A DNA stretch of 63,548 bases, the filler included, from Asterionella formosa (lineage: Eukaryota): NCBI GenBank assembly GCA_002256025.1. It is 6 parts of 6 records of this genome, joined end to end, with 100 filler letters (N's around TTAATTAATTAA, not from the genome) between each part and the next. Parts side by side here need not be neighbours in the genome. Positions count along the whole stretch, not along the records: positions 19,891 to 39,679 come from NKIB01003540.1; 5 more parts are not named here. One strand, 5' to 3'. The first letter of the stretch is position 1. Every line of letters begins with the position of its first letter. Below the pieces are notes generated by a model. The model worked only from the letters and a program-made list of their open reading frames with translations. It had not been told where the DNA came from and did not search any database. Shown in pieces: positions 25,984-39,779 of this stretch. Both the position numbers and the translations under genes were made by a program.

Positions 25984-26304
25984 TTATGTTTGAAATATAT
26001 AAGATATGTACCATAGATTGTTTTAAACTGTTGACCACTGCTAACTATGCTTACCAATAATCTACCATGGGGAAGCCTATTATTGGTACCAGTTTGATGG
26101 TTTCATCATAATTATTTGTGAAATATAAATAAATGTGTGTTGTATAATATACTGATTATTGGACCAAGTATCATTTTCCTGGTAAAAGTATGAATAAGGG
26201 AGCATCAGGTAGAGTACTAGGTACTCATGCATATCATTAACCATAAAGAATGGAACTTCACTATATGGTAAGCATAGTAGGGATGGTAGACAATGGGGTC
26301 AACC

Positions 26305-28294
26305 CTATACAGGCTTGCTTGTTGGCCTTAAGAAGGGCTGTCTTGTTGGCATCACTGTTGGCTTTCCTATTGGCTTTCCTGTCGGCTTGCCTATAGGCTT
26401 TCCTGTCGGAGTAAGGACAGATGTTGGATTCTTGGTGATTGAAACTGGAGTAGTTGGTGCAGAAGTCACTGGAGCTGATGTAGTAGGTGCAGAAGTCATT
26501 GGAGCTGATGTAGTAGGTGCAGAAGTCACTGGAGCTGGTGTTGTAGGTGCAGAAGTCACTGGAGCTGGTGTAGTAGGTGCAGATGTCACTGGAGGCAAAA
26601 AATTAGGAGCTGAAGTTGCTCTAGGACATGTTGAAGTCTGGGTGTTCAAGCGAATTGATAGGATCATATACTTTGGTTCTGTGGAAGTGGCAGCCACCAT
26701 CTCACAAACATCAATGGTGTACAAACCAATCACAGTACTTTGATTGGCAGCAAGTGCAGCTAGCATCGATGATTCAGAAGTGCTACTTGGAGCTGTCGCA
26801 ATCGTGACCAAGTTTTGCTTCTCCTGTACTTGAAAGTTAAATCCAGTGGCAAGGTTGTACTGAATGTATAATTGGCCAACAATAATGATAACATATTCAT
26901 TGCGAGATGTAGGTGATGCCTTGGCATAGTCTACAAAACCTACAAGTTTGCCAGACCAGGCCCCACCTGTTGCTGGGTTTACAGTGATTTGTTTGTCAGC
27001 ATACCATCCAAGGACATAGTTCTTGTGCCCATTGAAGCACATTACTGGTGATCCAGTTCCAGAGTATGAGTAACCCATCATGCAACTCTGGTCATCGTAT
27101 GATTTACCATTCTCATTGGAGTGTTGAAGACCTAAGTTATGTCTGTCAGCAATGGATTAGAGTGAAAGATAAGAAAAAAAGAGCAATAGAAATTTTCATG
27201 TGTATAATATGCACCCTTGGACTTACCCAATTTCATGCATTTTTGCACTGAGACTCGAACACCATCCTGCATTATCAGATCAAGAAACAGAAGAGGATAG
27301 GTGGTGAGCCCTTTGGAAGAATCTACTGAATATTTTAATTACTGAGACTGCACTCACCATTGTTATAATATGAATATTGTCCTGGTACATATGCATAGGC
27401 GAGCCAATCTTTCGAACCGCCTGAATAGAAAGTCGTGCCGTATGGCATGCAAAACATGATGTTGGAGAAAGTGCTCCCGAGATCAGCAACACCAAGCAAA
27501 GCCTTAACCGCAGTTATCATGGAGTTTTCGAGGTCAAAGATGTTGGTGTTGTTGACGGTTGCAGGAAGTAGGATGTCAATAACTCCATTTGTCACCTTGT
27601 CTGGGTAACCACTTGCAGCAACAAATGTCAGTTTCCCAGCAGAGCATGAGCTGTACTGGGAAGCCATAGAGTACTGCTGACCTCCAGTACCAAAGGTTGC
27701 ATCTGCCAGGCTTGTAGACGAGGCTGATTGGGTGGATGAAGGGGCCGTGACACGAACAACAAGGACTGATCGGGATCCTGTTTGAGCTAAATGACGGTCA
27801 CGATTGGAAAGACTTGCAACAAAGTGAATCGCAGCATTCGGTGGAATAACAATGTAGTCTGGTTTTCCAAAATCTGTACGAATGGCAGAACCACCAATGA
27901 TGCAAATACTAGAAACGCCTGTGTCCAGCTTTTCCTTATGTGCAACGACAAAAGCTGTCGGGAGATTGATAGAATATGCCATCTCCGATTCTCCATCACC
28001 CTCCTGGGTCTCGTCAGTTATACAGCGGTAGGTTGAGGTGGGAACTCGATCAGCCATCATGACATGGACGACTCCCACATTACAGTAGAGACATTCTCCA
28101 ACTTGCTTTTCAACTCCGGGAAGGCCCTAAGATGAAGGGAATGACGAGAAGAATGTTATTTCCTGTTTCTATATAATACTTTAATGATAAACAAGCATTA
28201 AGTGCAATAACGGACTTACCGAGTCGTCCTGTGCAGTAGCGAGAACCAAAAGCAATGCCAATGCTGCACCGATGAATGGATGTCCAATTTTCAT
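26305..28294 (-). CDS. Secreted gametolysin-like metalloprotease (peptidase M11) with Pro/Thr-rich tail; exons 28294-28220, 28126-27358, 27266-27227, 27142-26305
   Basis: Signal peptide MKIGHPFIGAALALLLVLATA. Splicing rebuilds HEIGHNLGLQH, followed by YDDQSCMMGYS (Met-turn) and CFNGHKNYVLGWY. Three GT-AG introns keep the frame. Confidence 0.9.
26446..26593 (-). repeat. 30-bp coding tandem repeat (PVTSAPTTPA), about 5 units
   Basis: Repeats of ggagctg(a/g)tgtagtaggtgcagaagtcact within the M11 tail. Confidence 0.9.
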
Positions 28295-28749
28295 TTTTTT
28301 TCCTTTATCGGTTATATTTTTTATTTATTGTGAGCGAGAAAGGATCGATTTATGATCAGGAGCAAAAAGTATGGTGATGTTCCGACTTTTTAATAACAAA
28401 AGTCATCCTACTCTTACAAAAGTCATCCTTCTCCATTCGCATGTGCCGATAGTCGTGTTGGCTAATGACCAATCTAAGTATTTGAAAAAAGATATCATCG
28501 GGCTACTGTAAAAGCCTATTGGACGGAGAATGTCATACCAAGGAGAACTGGTATGTAGGAAAGCAGCGAACCTAGTACATTACCAGTAAGAAACAAATCT
28601 TGGTGATTATGAAAAACCACAATTGGTACGTACCGGTATTTCGTGTATGGACAAGAATTTTCATTCATTGGTCTTTTGTTTATGGCATACGGTAGATACA
28701 TGTGCAGAAAGTAAGTACTGGTAACCTTTTTGATGGTTTTTTATGAGAT

Positions 28750-29250
28750 ATGCGCGTTTTGGTTACACTTACAAGAGTCATCCTGTGACTCGCAAGTAGT
28801 CGTATTTGCTACGACATAACGACTTCAGGTAGGACTCGTGAGAGTTGATAAACTAGTACCCGGTAGTCGTGTGAGCTGATGGCCGAACTAAGTAGGATAA
28901 AAAGGGGCAAACTAGTACATATTATAGGTAAGTATCAACCTTGTTGGTGTTGTCTGACGACATTCGTTATACCTACTCTTCATTCTAGACAATTCCTTTG
29001 TTTCGGACATTTTTGGTGCATGTCGTCACTTAATGCTGCTCTATGTACTGTACACCAATTTTAACTTGCAGGCAGTTCTCCGTACAGGTTGCTGGTATAA
29101 GGTCAGGTAAAGTAACCTGGTACTGCAAAAGTAAGTCCAAGTAAGTCCTCGTATGACCTCTATCATCCTTCATACTTAGATTGGTCATCAACAAACACGA
29201 CTTTTTGCGAGTTTCAGGATGACTCTTGTAGTGTAGCCGCAACATGCATA
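28750..29250. mobile_element. MITE-like element with ~65-bp imperfect terminal inverted repeats
   Basis: GGTTACACTTACAAGAGTCATCCTGTGACTCGCAAGTAGTCGT (~28761) versus the reverse complement at ~29195-29238. No coding capacity. No TSD identified. Confidence 0.6.
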
Positions 29251-30259
29251 AATACCGGTATCTGTGCCTGACCATAAATCAATACACTTACGCACACAAC
29301 AACAAAACAGGGTATGTCCGGTACACTTGCGAAACAGGAATTGTTTATTGTCAATATTCGTTAGATATTCAGACCAATAATTTCGTCATGGTCAAGTTGG
29401 ACTTGCTGTCTCATCGGCCCTATACCACGGGCAGCAGTACAAACACTCATGCAAGTGGGTACTACTTAGTAGTATGTAACAAGCCAAGAAAATATAATAT
29501 ATTTCGCTATAAGTATGTGTCTGCATTCCGCATAATTTTCAACTGCTCAGTGAGACATATTTCTTGGTTTTGCAACTTTTCAACCATTTCTACTTCAGAA
29601 GTGATGTCTCCCACATTTCCGCCTGTATTTTCATTCCTCGCATGAACTTGTTCATCAAATGAATGAGAATCACTGAGTTCTTCTTCATTATCAGCGATTT
29701 CAAGAGAATGAGGAGTAAAATACAGCACTGGATGGAACTGTGATTCTGTAGGAATAGAGTCTTCATCCGTTAAGAACAACTGTTTGGGTTTCCTCTTCGA
29801 AAAAATCTTTCCTTCTTTTCAATCTCTGCCACTATTGTATCGGCATACTTCATTATTATTTTTTCTGGAGTATTATGAATCTGTTCAAATTCATCTGTTA
29901 TTTGAGTGTATTCAAAGGAGCAAATCTTCGATTGATTTCATAAGTTTCTTCATCTTCTTTTCCGAAAACATAAAGTCGTGTAGTGTAAACAATGGAAGTA
30001 AGTCACGTTTTTTGTTTGACTGATCCTTTGCATGAAATCCATGAAATGCCATTTGGGAAGTTGTCAAAGGGCCAGAAGACTATGATGTAAAACAGTGGAA
30101 GGGAAACGCGGAGCTTTTTGCGGCGCTTGTGGAGTTGCAGCTGGTGTGATGGCAACCGAGTGTAGTAATTGTTGAACAGAGCACAGCAGTGTAATATGCA
30201 TGTTCCGCCAGTGTAGTGTTTACACAATACACATGCCGGCATCAATACAGCTATAACAA

Positions 30260-32026
30260 GGAAAAACGACACATCAATGAACATGATGGCTGGTTGTTGA
30301 GGATACCGGTAAATGATATATATCAAAAACATTTTAAGAAATCATAACAGTTCTATGACCAATGCATCATAGCTACATGATATACTTTATTCAATATTTC
30401 GTATCATACTTTGGTGATGTATGCATCGATGTAACCCTATCATGATATCACATTATCATCTTATCAATCATGATGAGATGATTGGGAACTGTAGTATTCT
30501 GCATTGTACTATGGAGTATGATATTATAACACACACTTTAGTATCTAAGTCACTCCTTTAATGTACACAAGTTGACAGTGCACATACACACACGCTAATC
30601 AGGTTTGAGGCAACGGACAGTGCTTCCATCGAGCGAATGACAATACCACGGGAACCAATTTTTCCAGCGGCAAACCGCACTGATGAAGGACACTTGTCCC
30701 TCTATTGATGAGGATGACACAGACACCGACTATTCCAGAAGCAAACAACAATGAAGAGACCCACTTGTCGCTCTATTGATGGTAACAAAGATGCGGACAA
30801 GTTCAACAGTGAATACAAGAACAACATACTAATGAAAACAAGTCGGCAGTGTGTATACGCACACGCCAAGCAGGTTTGAGGCAATGGACAGTTCCAACTA
30901 GCAAATGACGATATGGATATCAAATATTTCCTACGAGCAAACAACAATGAAGAGAGCCACTTGTTTTCGCGTATCAAAGATGCATAAAGGTTCAATAGTA
31001 AATACAAGTACAGCATGCCAAATGCAGAAACGAGCGACATGAAAAAGAAATTGTAATCAGAATCATTCTATAACTAAAGCTATGTGGACAGTAGTCTGTT
31101 ACGCACATTTTCGTATCTCCTTCTGTGCTGAATCTCAATAGTAGATGTAGCTAGTATCATGTGAGAATTGAAAATGTCAACGAGAACAAGTAGAATGTGT
31201 TTGTTTACGGGTTGATTGGCGAGATTGTAATGCTTGTGATCGACGAAACGGATTCACAATGTGCGCTGTGTGCGGAACCATTACAAGTTCGAATGATTTC
31301 TTCTCTGTAAATCTTAATTGAATGAAAGGTTCAATAGTAAATACAAGTACAGCATGCCAAATGCAGAAACGAGCGACATGAAAAAGAAATTGTAATCAGA
31401 ATCATTCTATAACTAAAGCTATGTGGACAGTAGTCTGTTACGCACATTTTCGTATCTCCTTCTGTGCTGAATCTCAATAGTAGATGTAGCTAGTATCATG
31501 TGAGAATTGAAAATGGCAACGAGAACAAGTAGAATGTGTTTGTTTACGGGTTGATTGGCGAGATTGTAATGCTTGTGGTCGACGAAACGGACTCACAATG
31601 TGCGCTGTGTGCGGAACCATTACGAGTTCGAATGATTTCTTCTCTGTAAATCTTAATTGAATGAATATGAACAAAGGTTCACTGCACATGACGATTACTC
31701 GAAGATATCATGATCACATGACCAACAATTGAAGACGTCGTTATCGCAAACAATCATTCCACTTGTCATCGCTAGAATTTCGTTGATGGAAATGACGAGC
31801 CAAATTACATTACTTCAGCTGGTACATTATCCTACCAAGAAATTCGAATACAGGAATCTCATAGAAACAATACATATAATAATTAAATATATGTAGTCAA
31901 AAGGGTTACTATTTAAATTACAAGGGCATTTATCAAAATTATTAGATGATATAACGAAAAATTATGATCAGGTGATCACAATCCTATGATGCATCATGGA
32001 AACATGATAGTTTTTATTTGCAGACG
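30260..32026 (+). repeat. Dispersed ~1.7-kb repeat family, copy B (5' internal deletion; 339-bp internal tandem duplication at 30986-31663)
   Basis: Collinear with copies A and C. The block starting AAAGGTTCAATAGTAAATACAAG occurs at 30986 and 31325. Confidence 0.9.
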
Positions 32027-33060
32027 TTCACTGCTGACCTGTTTAAGAGTACTTGCAACAGTATGGACAAGTTACTTGAGATTGGTACTATGGTCAAGGA
32101 TTTTCAGAGAGATCCTGAATTTTCCATGAAGAAACTCTGTCTTCGATTGATCAATGCGTATGAGAATGAGTCCTTTCTCCCTCAACGCTATAGGTTGGTC
32201 CCCTTCAGTCCTGAGTCTATGAGTCTGATCTGCAAGGGATACAGGACTCATGTGGATTATCCACTGCTCTATTTTCTTGCTTTTTTCACTCATGTGAGCA
32301 AAAGTCTTGAGGCTTTAGGAAGATTGTACATTCTTGGTCGCATCAATGTATGTGACCCTAATGCTGATGATAGACAGTGCAAGTGGAACATTAGGATCAC
32401 CCAAATTCCCCTTGACACCTTCGCCACCTCTAAAATCCCTTTGGAGATCAATGAGATTATGACTTTCTTGTCCAAATCTTTTGGTAATGATTGGAATTCT
32501 GTCGTTACCAACCAAGCTTTATACGCAAATCAGCTCCAGAAGAAACTTCATGGCAACTTTGTCATTACCATTGAAGAGAGGGAGAACTTGGAGAAGCCCA
32601 TAGCTAAGGTTGTTGTGGAGCAAAAAGAGTTCCCAATTTCTATTGCTTGTATTCACTATCTGGTGACAGGTAATCATAACTCAATTTGAAAGTTACCTAT
32701 GTATCTAAATCGCCATCAGAACCAGCCAACGTTTAGCTATCATCGTCCAAAAACTCGACAAAATCGGCCTTTTCTGCAGTCGCCAAAATATCGGAATGAG
32801 AATTATTATTAAGTGCCGAAACGTCATCATCGGAATGGTGGTCGTGTGCCGGAATTTTTAGTCCTACAATCTCCTGTACAAAAATTCCATTGTAAGTGCC
32901 CGCTTCCACCTATAGAATATGATTGGTGAACTTGAATTACATTCCTCTGCTTGATTGGCCTGGTTTGCGAGGTCTTGCAAACCCATGCCGGCCACATTGG
33001 ATTGACATGTAACATTTTCTTGGGTGTACTGACAGTCCGGTGCTATATTCATGAAGGGTA
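32024..33060 (+). pseudogene. Unknown ORF (open ~221 codons from the repeat's splice acceptor) decaying into a dioxygenase-like THAG motif
   Basis: ORF 32018-32689, then broken frames giving YIP.. / LVCEVLQTHAGHIG..CN (His codon at 32984). Confidence 0.4.
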
Positions 33061-33529
33061 CCAGTAGATGATCATCGCTCATTGGACATACGCGTACCGC
33101 TCCTTGAGTGCACTTTCAAATAGTTGCCAAGCCGTCGCGTTGTATACATGACACATAGTCGTCGATCGGAGTATAGATTGTAGTACTGGTATAGTATGCA
33201 CATCAAGCGATGAAGAATCTAAATATATTAAGTCTTTTCAATACCGGTATGTCGAACGGATTCAATGCATAGCATATAAAATCGTTTATTGGAGTATAGA
33301 GTGTCCATGCATATATGTTGATCGTATTTTTAGGGTAAATATACATACAGCAACTAAGAGTGTTTATATAAATATTTAGCGATTTCGACAAGGAACCTAT
33401 GTATGCATTCGCATATTTCCACTGATTGAAATATTTCAAATGGAATCACGTCATTCAAAAATAGCTAATTAAATTCTTAATTCCAGGGAATTTTGGCAAC
33501 CCTAAGCAATATTTTAATTTTTGCCTAGG

Positions 33530-33955
33530 GTTTCCAATGCAGCAACCTTAATATTCTCGCTTATGTAGGTTGTTTGCTTAACATACTCATCTATCTGCCT
33601 TTTCCAAATGCGCTCCTGAGTCCTGGACGCACCTGCTGGGGGTGGGTCGAATGGCTTGGCGATGTTTGGCACCTGAAGGTTTTCTACTGCTACTAATCGG
33701 ATGTTGCCACCATATTTGTTTGTAGGTCCGCCCCAGAAACTCAGCCACCTCCTTTGTTGTCTTGATAAACAGGTCTGCCTGTCTTGCATCTGAGCAATCG
33801 TAGACATGATGTCCTTTCAACTTGGCGCATTTCCCTTCAAACTTGGGCTGCCTTGGAACGATAGCAGTCTTCTGGTTTCCATATCGATATTGTAGCTTCT
33901 TGCCACCAACACTTTCCTTCTTGTCTTTTGGTGTGGCATCACCGCTGCCTCCCAT
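33530..33955 (-). mobile_element. Ty1/Copia (CoDi-type) gag N-terminal fragment, frameshifted and truncated
   Basis: KFEGKCAKLKGHHVYDCSDARQADLFIKTTKEVAEFLGRTYK / YGGNIRL..ENL..P..DPP..SRTQERIWKRQIDEYVK. Confidence 0.8.
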
Positions 33956-34069
33956 TGTATTCGCCTCTTTCTTTACTAATTATGTTAAATCCACAAGTTC
34001 GGACTGTATTCTATTGTGTCTGTAAGACAACAATGGACAGAAGACAATCTACAGGGGAGGCTTTATCGA

Positions 34070-34410
34070 TGTAAACCCGATAATTAGGTAAGAATGAACA
34101 TGAGTAGAACTCATGTTAACCATGGCTGTATATATACCTACTTATCCGTCCACGTAACCTTCACTGTCGACGTGGCTTCTTTCTTTTTCTTTCCTTTTAC
34201 TTTGATCCACTCATCGTCTGTATCTTGTACGTCCATTAGTTAAGAATGAACATGAGTAGAACTCATGTTAACCATGGCTGTATATATATACCTACTTATC
34301 CGTCCACGTACTAACCTTCACTGTCAATGTGGCTTCTTTCTTTTTCTTTTTCTTTCCTTTTACTTTGATCCACTCACCGTCTGCATCTTGTACGTCCATA
34401 TTTCCTAACA
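34070..34410 (-). mobile_element. 5' LTR of the Copia element (341 bp, TG...CA) with an internal ~150-bp tandem duplication
   Basis: Minus strand reads TGTTAGGAAA...GGGTTTACA directly upstream of gag. Duplicated units start at ~34089 and 34241. Confidence 0.7.
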
Positions 34411-37400
34411 GATAGGTTATGCATCAATCGAATCGATTAAATGTACAAGTGTGATACAGTGGTCTGTGTGTGCTCCCTTGAACGATCAAATCGAACAAAT
34501 GAATAATGATGTCAAGCAGGCAGAGTTTGAGTGCTGATCCCTGGAGTGCTGACTGATGATGATCCTAATTTTAAAGACGACCAGCAGCCAGGTACTGCGG
34601 TAATATGCGAGTAGTACCAGGTACCACTGGTAACCAACCATACACCATCATCACCAGGCACATAAAGTTCCGATGTGATGGGTTCACAAAATGTGACTGC
34701 GATGACATTTGTTGAGGATGGAATGAACTAGCATGGTACCAGGGGTACTATGAATGACGGTTTGCAGTCAAGGAAAAAGAATGCAAAGCTTCTAAAAATG
34801 GTTAACATGTCATGATATAGCTACTATGAAAAGAATCATGGTGAGGACCCTACAGGTTATTTTGGGGAGATGGCAGACAGCATTGTGATCCCCATCAATT
34901 ACCTAGAATACTATTCTAGTCCTTCTGTTCAGGTTTGTTGCAACCAGCTAAGCGAGGACTAATCCGGCTTATTCCACATCCTTTTAAGAACCCCTCAGTA
35001 GAAGCAATATGCATTTTCTATGTGAGACAATGCAATGCAGGTGATGGGTGTGTCTGTTAGCTAGATTACCAGTAGTAAACTTAGGTGAATATAAAAACGC
35101 TAAATAATAATACATGTGGATCAATTGCTGGGTAGGAATTGAATGACCTAAATAATTAGATACAACCACTGACATATAAAATATTGATACAAACAAATTT
35201 CAGAAACAGTACCACCGGTACACGAAGTTGTGGAAAACAATGGATATATAATGCATTGAAAATTTTCGACTTGTGTATATGCGAATATGATCATTCATGG
35301 GTTATATAGCAGGTGTTGCATGTTGAGAGAGCCTTTGAATTTTATAAATGTATGACACTTGATATATTTATATATTTACAAATTTTTAAAACTAGGTGGC
35401 TGCTATATACATTGCATATATTTGAAATCGTTCTGACATGTTAACAATCCATGCATGATGCCTGCTTGCTTCGTGAAAAGAAAGATTTTAGTCGCATATC
35501 ACAAGGAAAAAGTTTACGCAACAACAAAAAACATTGTGGCTTCGACACCTTGCGCCTTCGAAGGATGGAGTATCTTCAAAGTTAATGGATCTATCAGTGT
35601 GGTACCGGGATGGCAATCGTTGGGATGACAACAACAAAGAGTAAAATAAATGTTTCATTTCTTCTCAGTTGATTCAATAGCTCATTTCGCTTGTTAGGGA
35701 GACCCAATGTAACACAAAAGAAAATTGGAAAGTGCTCTTGTCGTTGGACCTATTCACTACTGTTGGAACATAACTGATGCACATCATGATGTTTTCCTTC
35801 TTTCAAAGTTAAGCTAAAGAAAATGAATCAGTAAGGAAACAACATTGGATACCTGATATTTACACTTATTCAAGAAGTGACTGACAATTTAATACAACAG
35901 GCATAAGTTGTTTTGATTTGTAGTAAGTGAAGCAAGAGGATACAATGGAATTGCGTGGTGTTGTGTCAGTGAAACATGACTAGCAAACAAGTCATTCCTC
36001 CCATTGTTACTGTAACTGCATAGGACAATAAAAACCATTCAAACAACGGACTAGTGGGCGAGTTCAGAGTGACACTAACTAAGCAGGGAGAGAGACGAAG
36101 CACTGCTTGGCACAAGATTCAGAATACAGGAAGAGAAGGGCAATGACAGGAATATACCATTGCGACAAGTGGAGAGGAGAGAAACATTCCTTGGGTAGCT
36201 GTAGAAACAGAAATATTGCTAAGCAAATTTAATAAATAAATTAAGATCCATTCCATCAACTTTGAACAATGCTTGTGATTAGAATTATGATCATGTTTAA
36301 GATAGATATACAATGAAACAATTCACATGATAGCATAGAGAAGTTTAGCTCCTTTTAAGATGCATGTAGTAACAATTTATATTTAGCAATCACGAGAAGG
36401 AAAATGACAAGATTTATGATATAAGTCGCCAGATACAGAAACAAAACCAACAAGGCTTACTATTTCACTCATTAAGAATTGGTTAAAGACTCTTGACCTT
36501 GCTTTGAGATATGATGGGGTACAACAAAAAGTCATCCAAATAACCAAAGCAGGATCTGAAAAGAAATGGAGCTCACTTTATACTCCTGAATCATCAACAA
36601 GGAAGTCTACTCACCTAGGAGCTACTTTCAAAGCAACTTTCTGCCACCAACGAAGATATTATTGCCAATGGTCATTCTATCATAGATTCCGAATTATCTC
36701 CTTCCCAAATTGTCTGCTTTTTCATCTCCAGTCATTGCATTAATTATTGAATGATGATTCTGAAAAATCCCCAATTATCATTAAGAAATGGGGATGACCT
36801 CCCAAGTATAAATGCTTTAAATACATACATCCAAGTAAATAATGTATTCTTTGATGAGAAACATCATCAAGATATATATGTGTTGGATCTTGGGAACATA
36901 CCAATGATGAGTGAGCTGGATGCAAGGAAAATTCCCCACAAAGCAGCTCGGTGGGACAAATTTATTGGATACAAGCAATGAACGCCGTACGAAAATGACA
37001 CTTGCCTCTCAAAGTTCCCAATACAGAATTCTTAGCACAAGCTTCTCTTGCTGTGAAACGAGAGAAGGCGCTAATGGATAGTGTACATACGTATGTTACC
37101 ACGAAAAGTTAAAGGAAGCTTGGAGTAGCAAGCAATGAACGGTCACAAAAATAGTATGATGCTGCTTAAAGAGAATGTCAGTTTTCTTTCATTTTTTAAA
37201 GCCATGGATAAGAATTCTATATAGCTCTCATGCAAACAGCTGAAGATGCATATTATAGTTTGGTTAGCAATTATATTTCTACTTTTAGTCTTTCAGCTAC
37301 AATCCCATTTCAGGCACTTCACGTTGTCGGCTTAAACCATTTATGGCTGAAGGTCGCATAAACCAATGTTGGTGACAACATCAAGAATAATTTGTCGAAT

Positions 37401-37559
37401 TTGTGAAGTACCTGGTACTACATCCAATAATTTCCTGACAGTTGGAAGATATGCCCACCCAAGAGGAGCATTAGGTATTGCATCAACACATTCCAACTAA
37501 GTCAGAAATTCAAAACCTAAGTTCCTTCTTTTTATCATCATCCATGATAAGTAAAGAAA

Positions 37560-38290
37560 AATTGAGTATTGGGCGCTGGCAGAAAGAATATCAACTGATT
37601 TCTTCAGGGTGCATGTCCTCAGGATCCCTGCATTTAATGGTGAGCAACCCAAAGGTCATCTCAATTCTAATACGTAGTTGCGAAAGGAAATAGATAAATG
37701 CATCTTCGTTTGTTGCTCTTTGACTTCCAACAAAGGGACATATGACTGATCAGTCCATGGATGTGTAAGCGGCATCGCCTACTATGTATTGTCCTGGACG
37801 AAGCATGGATTTAATCTGAAAAAGCTGTGTCCTTGATTTTTAAATGCCATCTGATCTGGACATTTTCCTGATGCCATGACACCGAAGTATAGAAAACAAC
37901 CGTTACTGTCGCAAGCAGCTCGAACATTCAATCCATAAGACATATCACGCCCAGACCAAAATGCTTGAGGGACGCCATCACAATCCCTTTTTCTTTGTTT
38001 GGTGATGATTGGCTGTAAATAGGCATCATAAGAACGGAATTTAATAGATAGTGCTGGGCATGAATTCACAATTCCATAGACATGGTAAATGTCTGTGAGG
38101 TTTACGCCACAAGAAGCCAGCGAAGACAGCTGGTAAGGATCAACTCGGGACAAGTGTGCTGAATTGTTATGGAAGGTCGAAGTAGCACCAGTAGGTGATT
38201 GAAAGCTTAAAAGGACATGCGATTTTCACTATGAAAATCTATTCTCATAGAGAAGGCTTGTGACATGATCATTTCAGTCATGTTGTTCAT
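37560..38290 (-). mobile_element. PIF/Harbinger (DDE_Tnp_4) transposase pseudogene
   Basis: RMS..AFNHLLVLLRP, FWSG..SYGLNVRAACDSNGCFLYFGV..SGKCPD, VGDAAY, YFLSQLRIRIEMTFGLLT. Stops and frameshifts. Confidence 0.85.
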
Positions 38291-39779
38291 GCTCCAATTT
38301 TGCTGAAAAACTATTCTCATGGATAAGCATTGTGTCATGATCATTCCAGTCTGATGATTATACAACAATTTATGAAATCAATCACCAGTTCGTTGCAACG
38401 TTTTGATAGCCAATTATTATCGTCTACTTGGATAATTGGAACCAGAATCGATTTGAATTGTCCGAAGCTATTTTTCCTGTGGCCATGAGAGTTGCTTTCA
38501 TGATAACAGGCTTTATCTGTTATTGAGGCAAGGGTAATGACTCCTAAGATGAAATCATCACATTCAACTAATTGTTGAACATGAATATTTATCATAAATT
38601 CTTCATAGCTAAGGTCCTTTTGACGAATTGAAAGGAAGTCGATCCATGAAATGGTGCAGTCAGTCAACCCTTGCTATATTGTTAATTTTGATGAATGAAA
38701 TTGATTCGTCGAATTGTCAATTTATTAAAGTACATTCAGAGATGCCGGCAACGTTTCTGCGTTGCCTGATACCCAATTTTATTTTATTAAAAACAGGAAA
38801 ATGATTTTATGCAAACATCTCAGGTAGTACCGAAGGATCAACATGATAAATTGTAAAAAAACTATGTATGATTTCGAATTGAATTTTATATTTAATCTTT
38901 CACTTTCGCACGAAAATAAGTTGATTCGTTGCACGTACTCTGTGGATTGAAGTACATAAAAAATTATTTTGGAAAAAAACCTCTTGATGTGTTACTGCGG
39001 GGCCGCAACCTTGAATGAGCGAATCATTGTAAATTGAAGATCACGTATTTGTTATCGTAATCTCAGGTCATTTTGTAGGATTGAGACAAAGAGTATTAGT
39101 TGTAATAGCTTAATTGTAATGCATTAATTGAAGTTTCTTTCAGCACCATACTTATGATTTCAAATCATAAAACCTCTTTGAATACCAGAGGTAATTACTG
39201 CTTTAATTAAGCAATTTCATGTTAAGGATATTTGAAGCCTCTGATATACTCTGGAAGCTTTTTAGTCGCTCCTTATAGTACTTAGTTCCACATCTTCTAG
39301 AGAACGAACCGTTAAATCATACAATTTGCATGACCAACCAATAAACTCCAACGGACCAAGCTTGTTGAAGTAATCTTCTGTAACACCAAATAAGACAAGA
39401 AAATGTTTAGAACATCGAAGTAGAAGAATCAAAATGTTTTAACAGTAGAACAACACATCACGATTGAAAAATGTAGAGTTGATATATTTTTCTCGTGCTT
39501 TCTTATTTGTAGGTTCCATTCTATAATCATTCAGAAGTTGTGCATCACATCCACCTATTAAATGAACTCGAGCAAGAACATCATCAGTCCATAGGTGATA
39601 GGAATTGCTTGCTCTATCAATGAAACTTGCTTGAGCAAACGCATACAACTTGCATGCCCAACCAATAAACTCCGATGGANNNNNNNNNNNNNNNNNNNNN
39701 NNNNNNNNNNNNNNNNNNNNNNNTTAATTAATTAANNNNNNNNNNNNNNNNNNNNNNNNNNNNNNNNNNNNNNNNNNNN

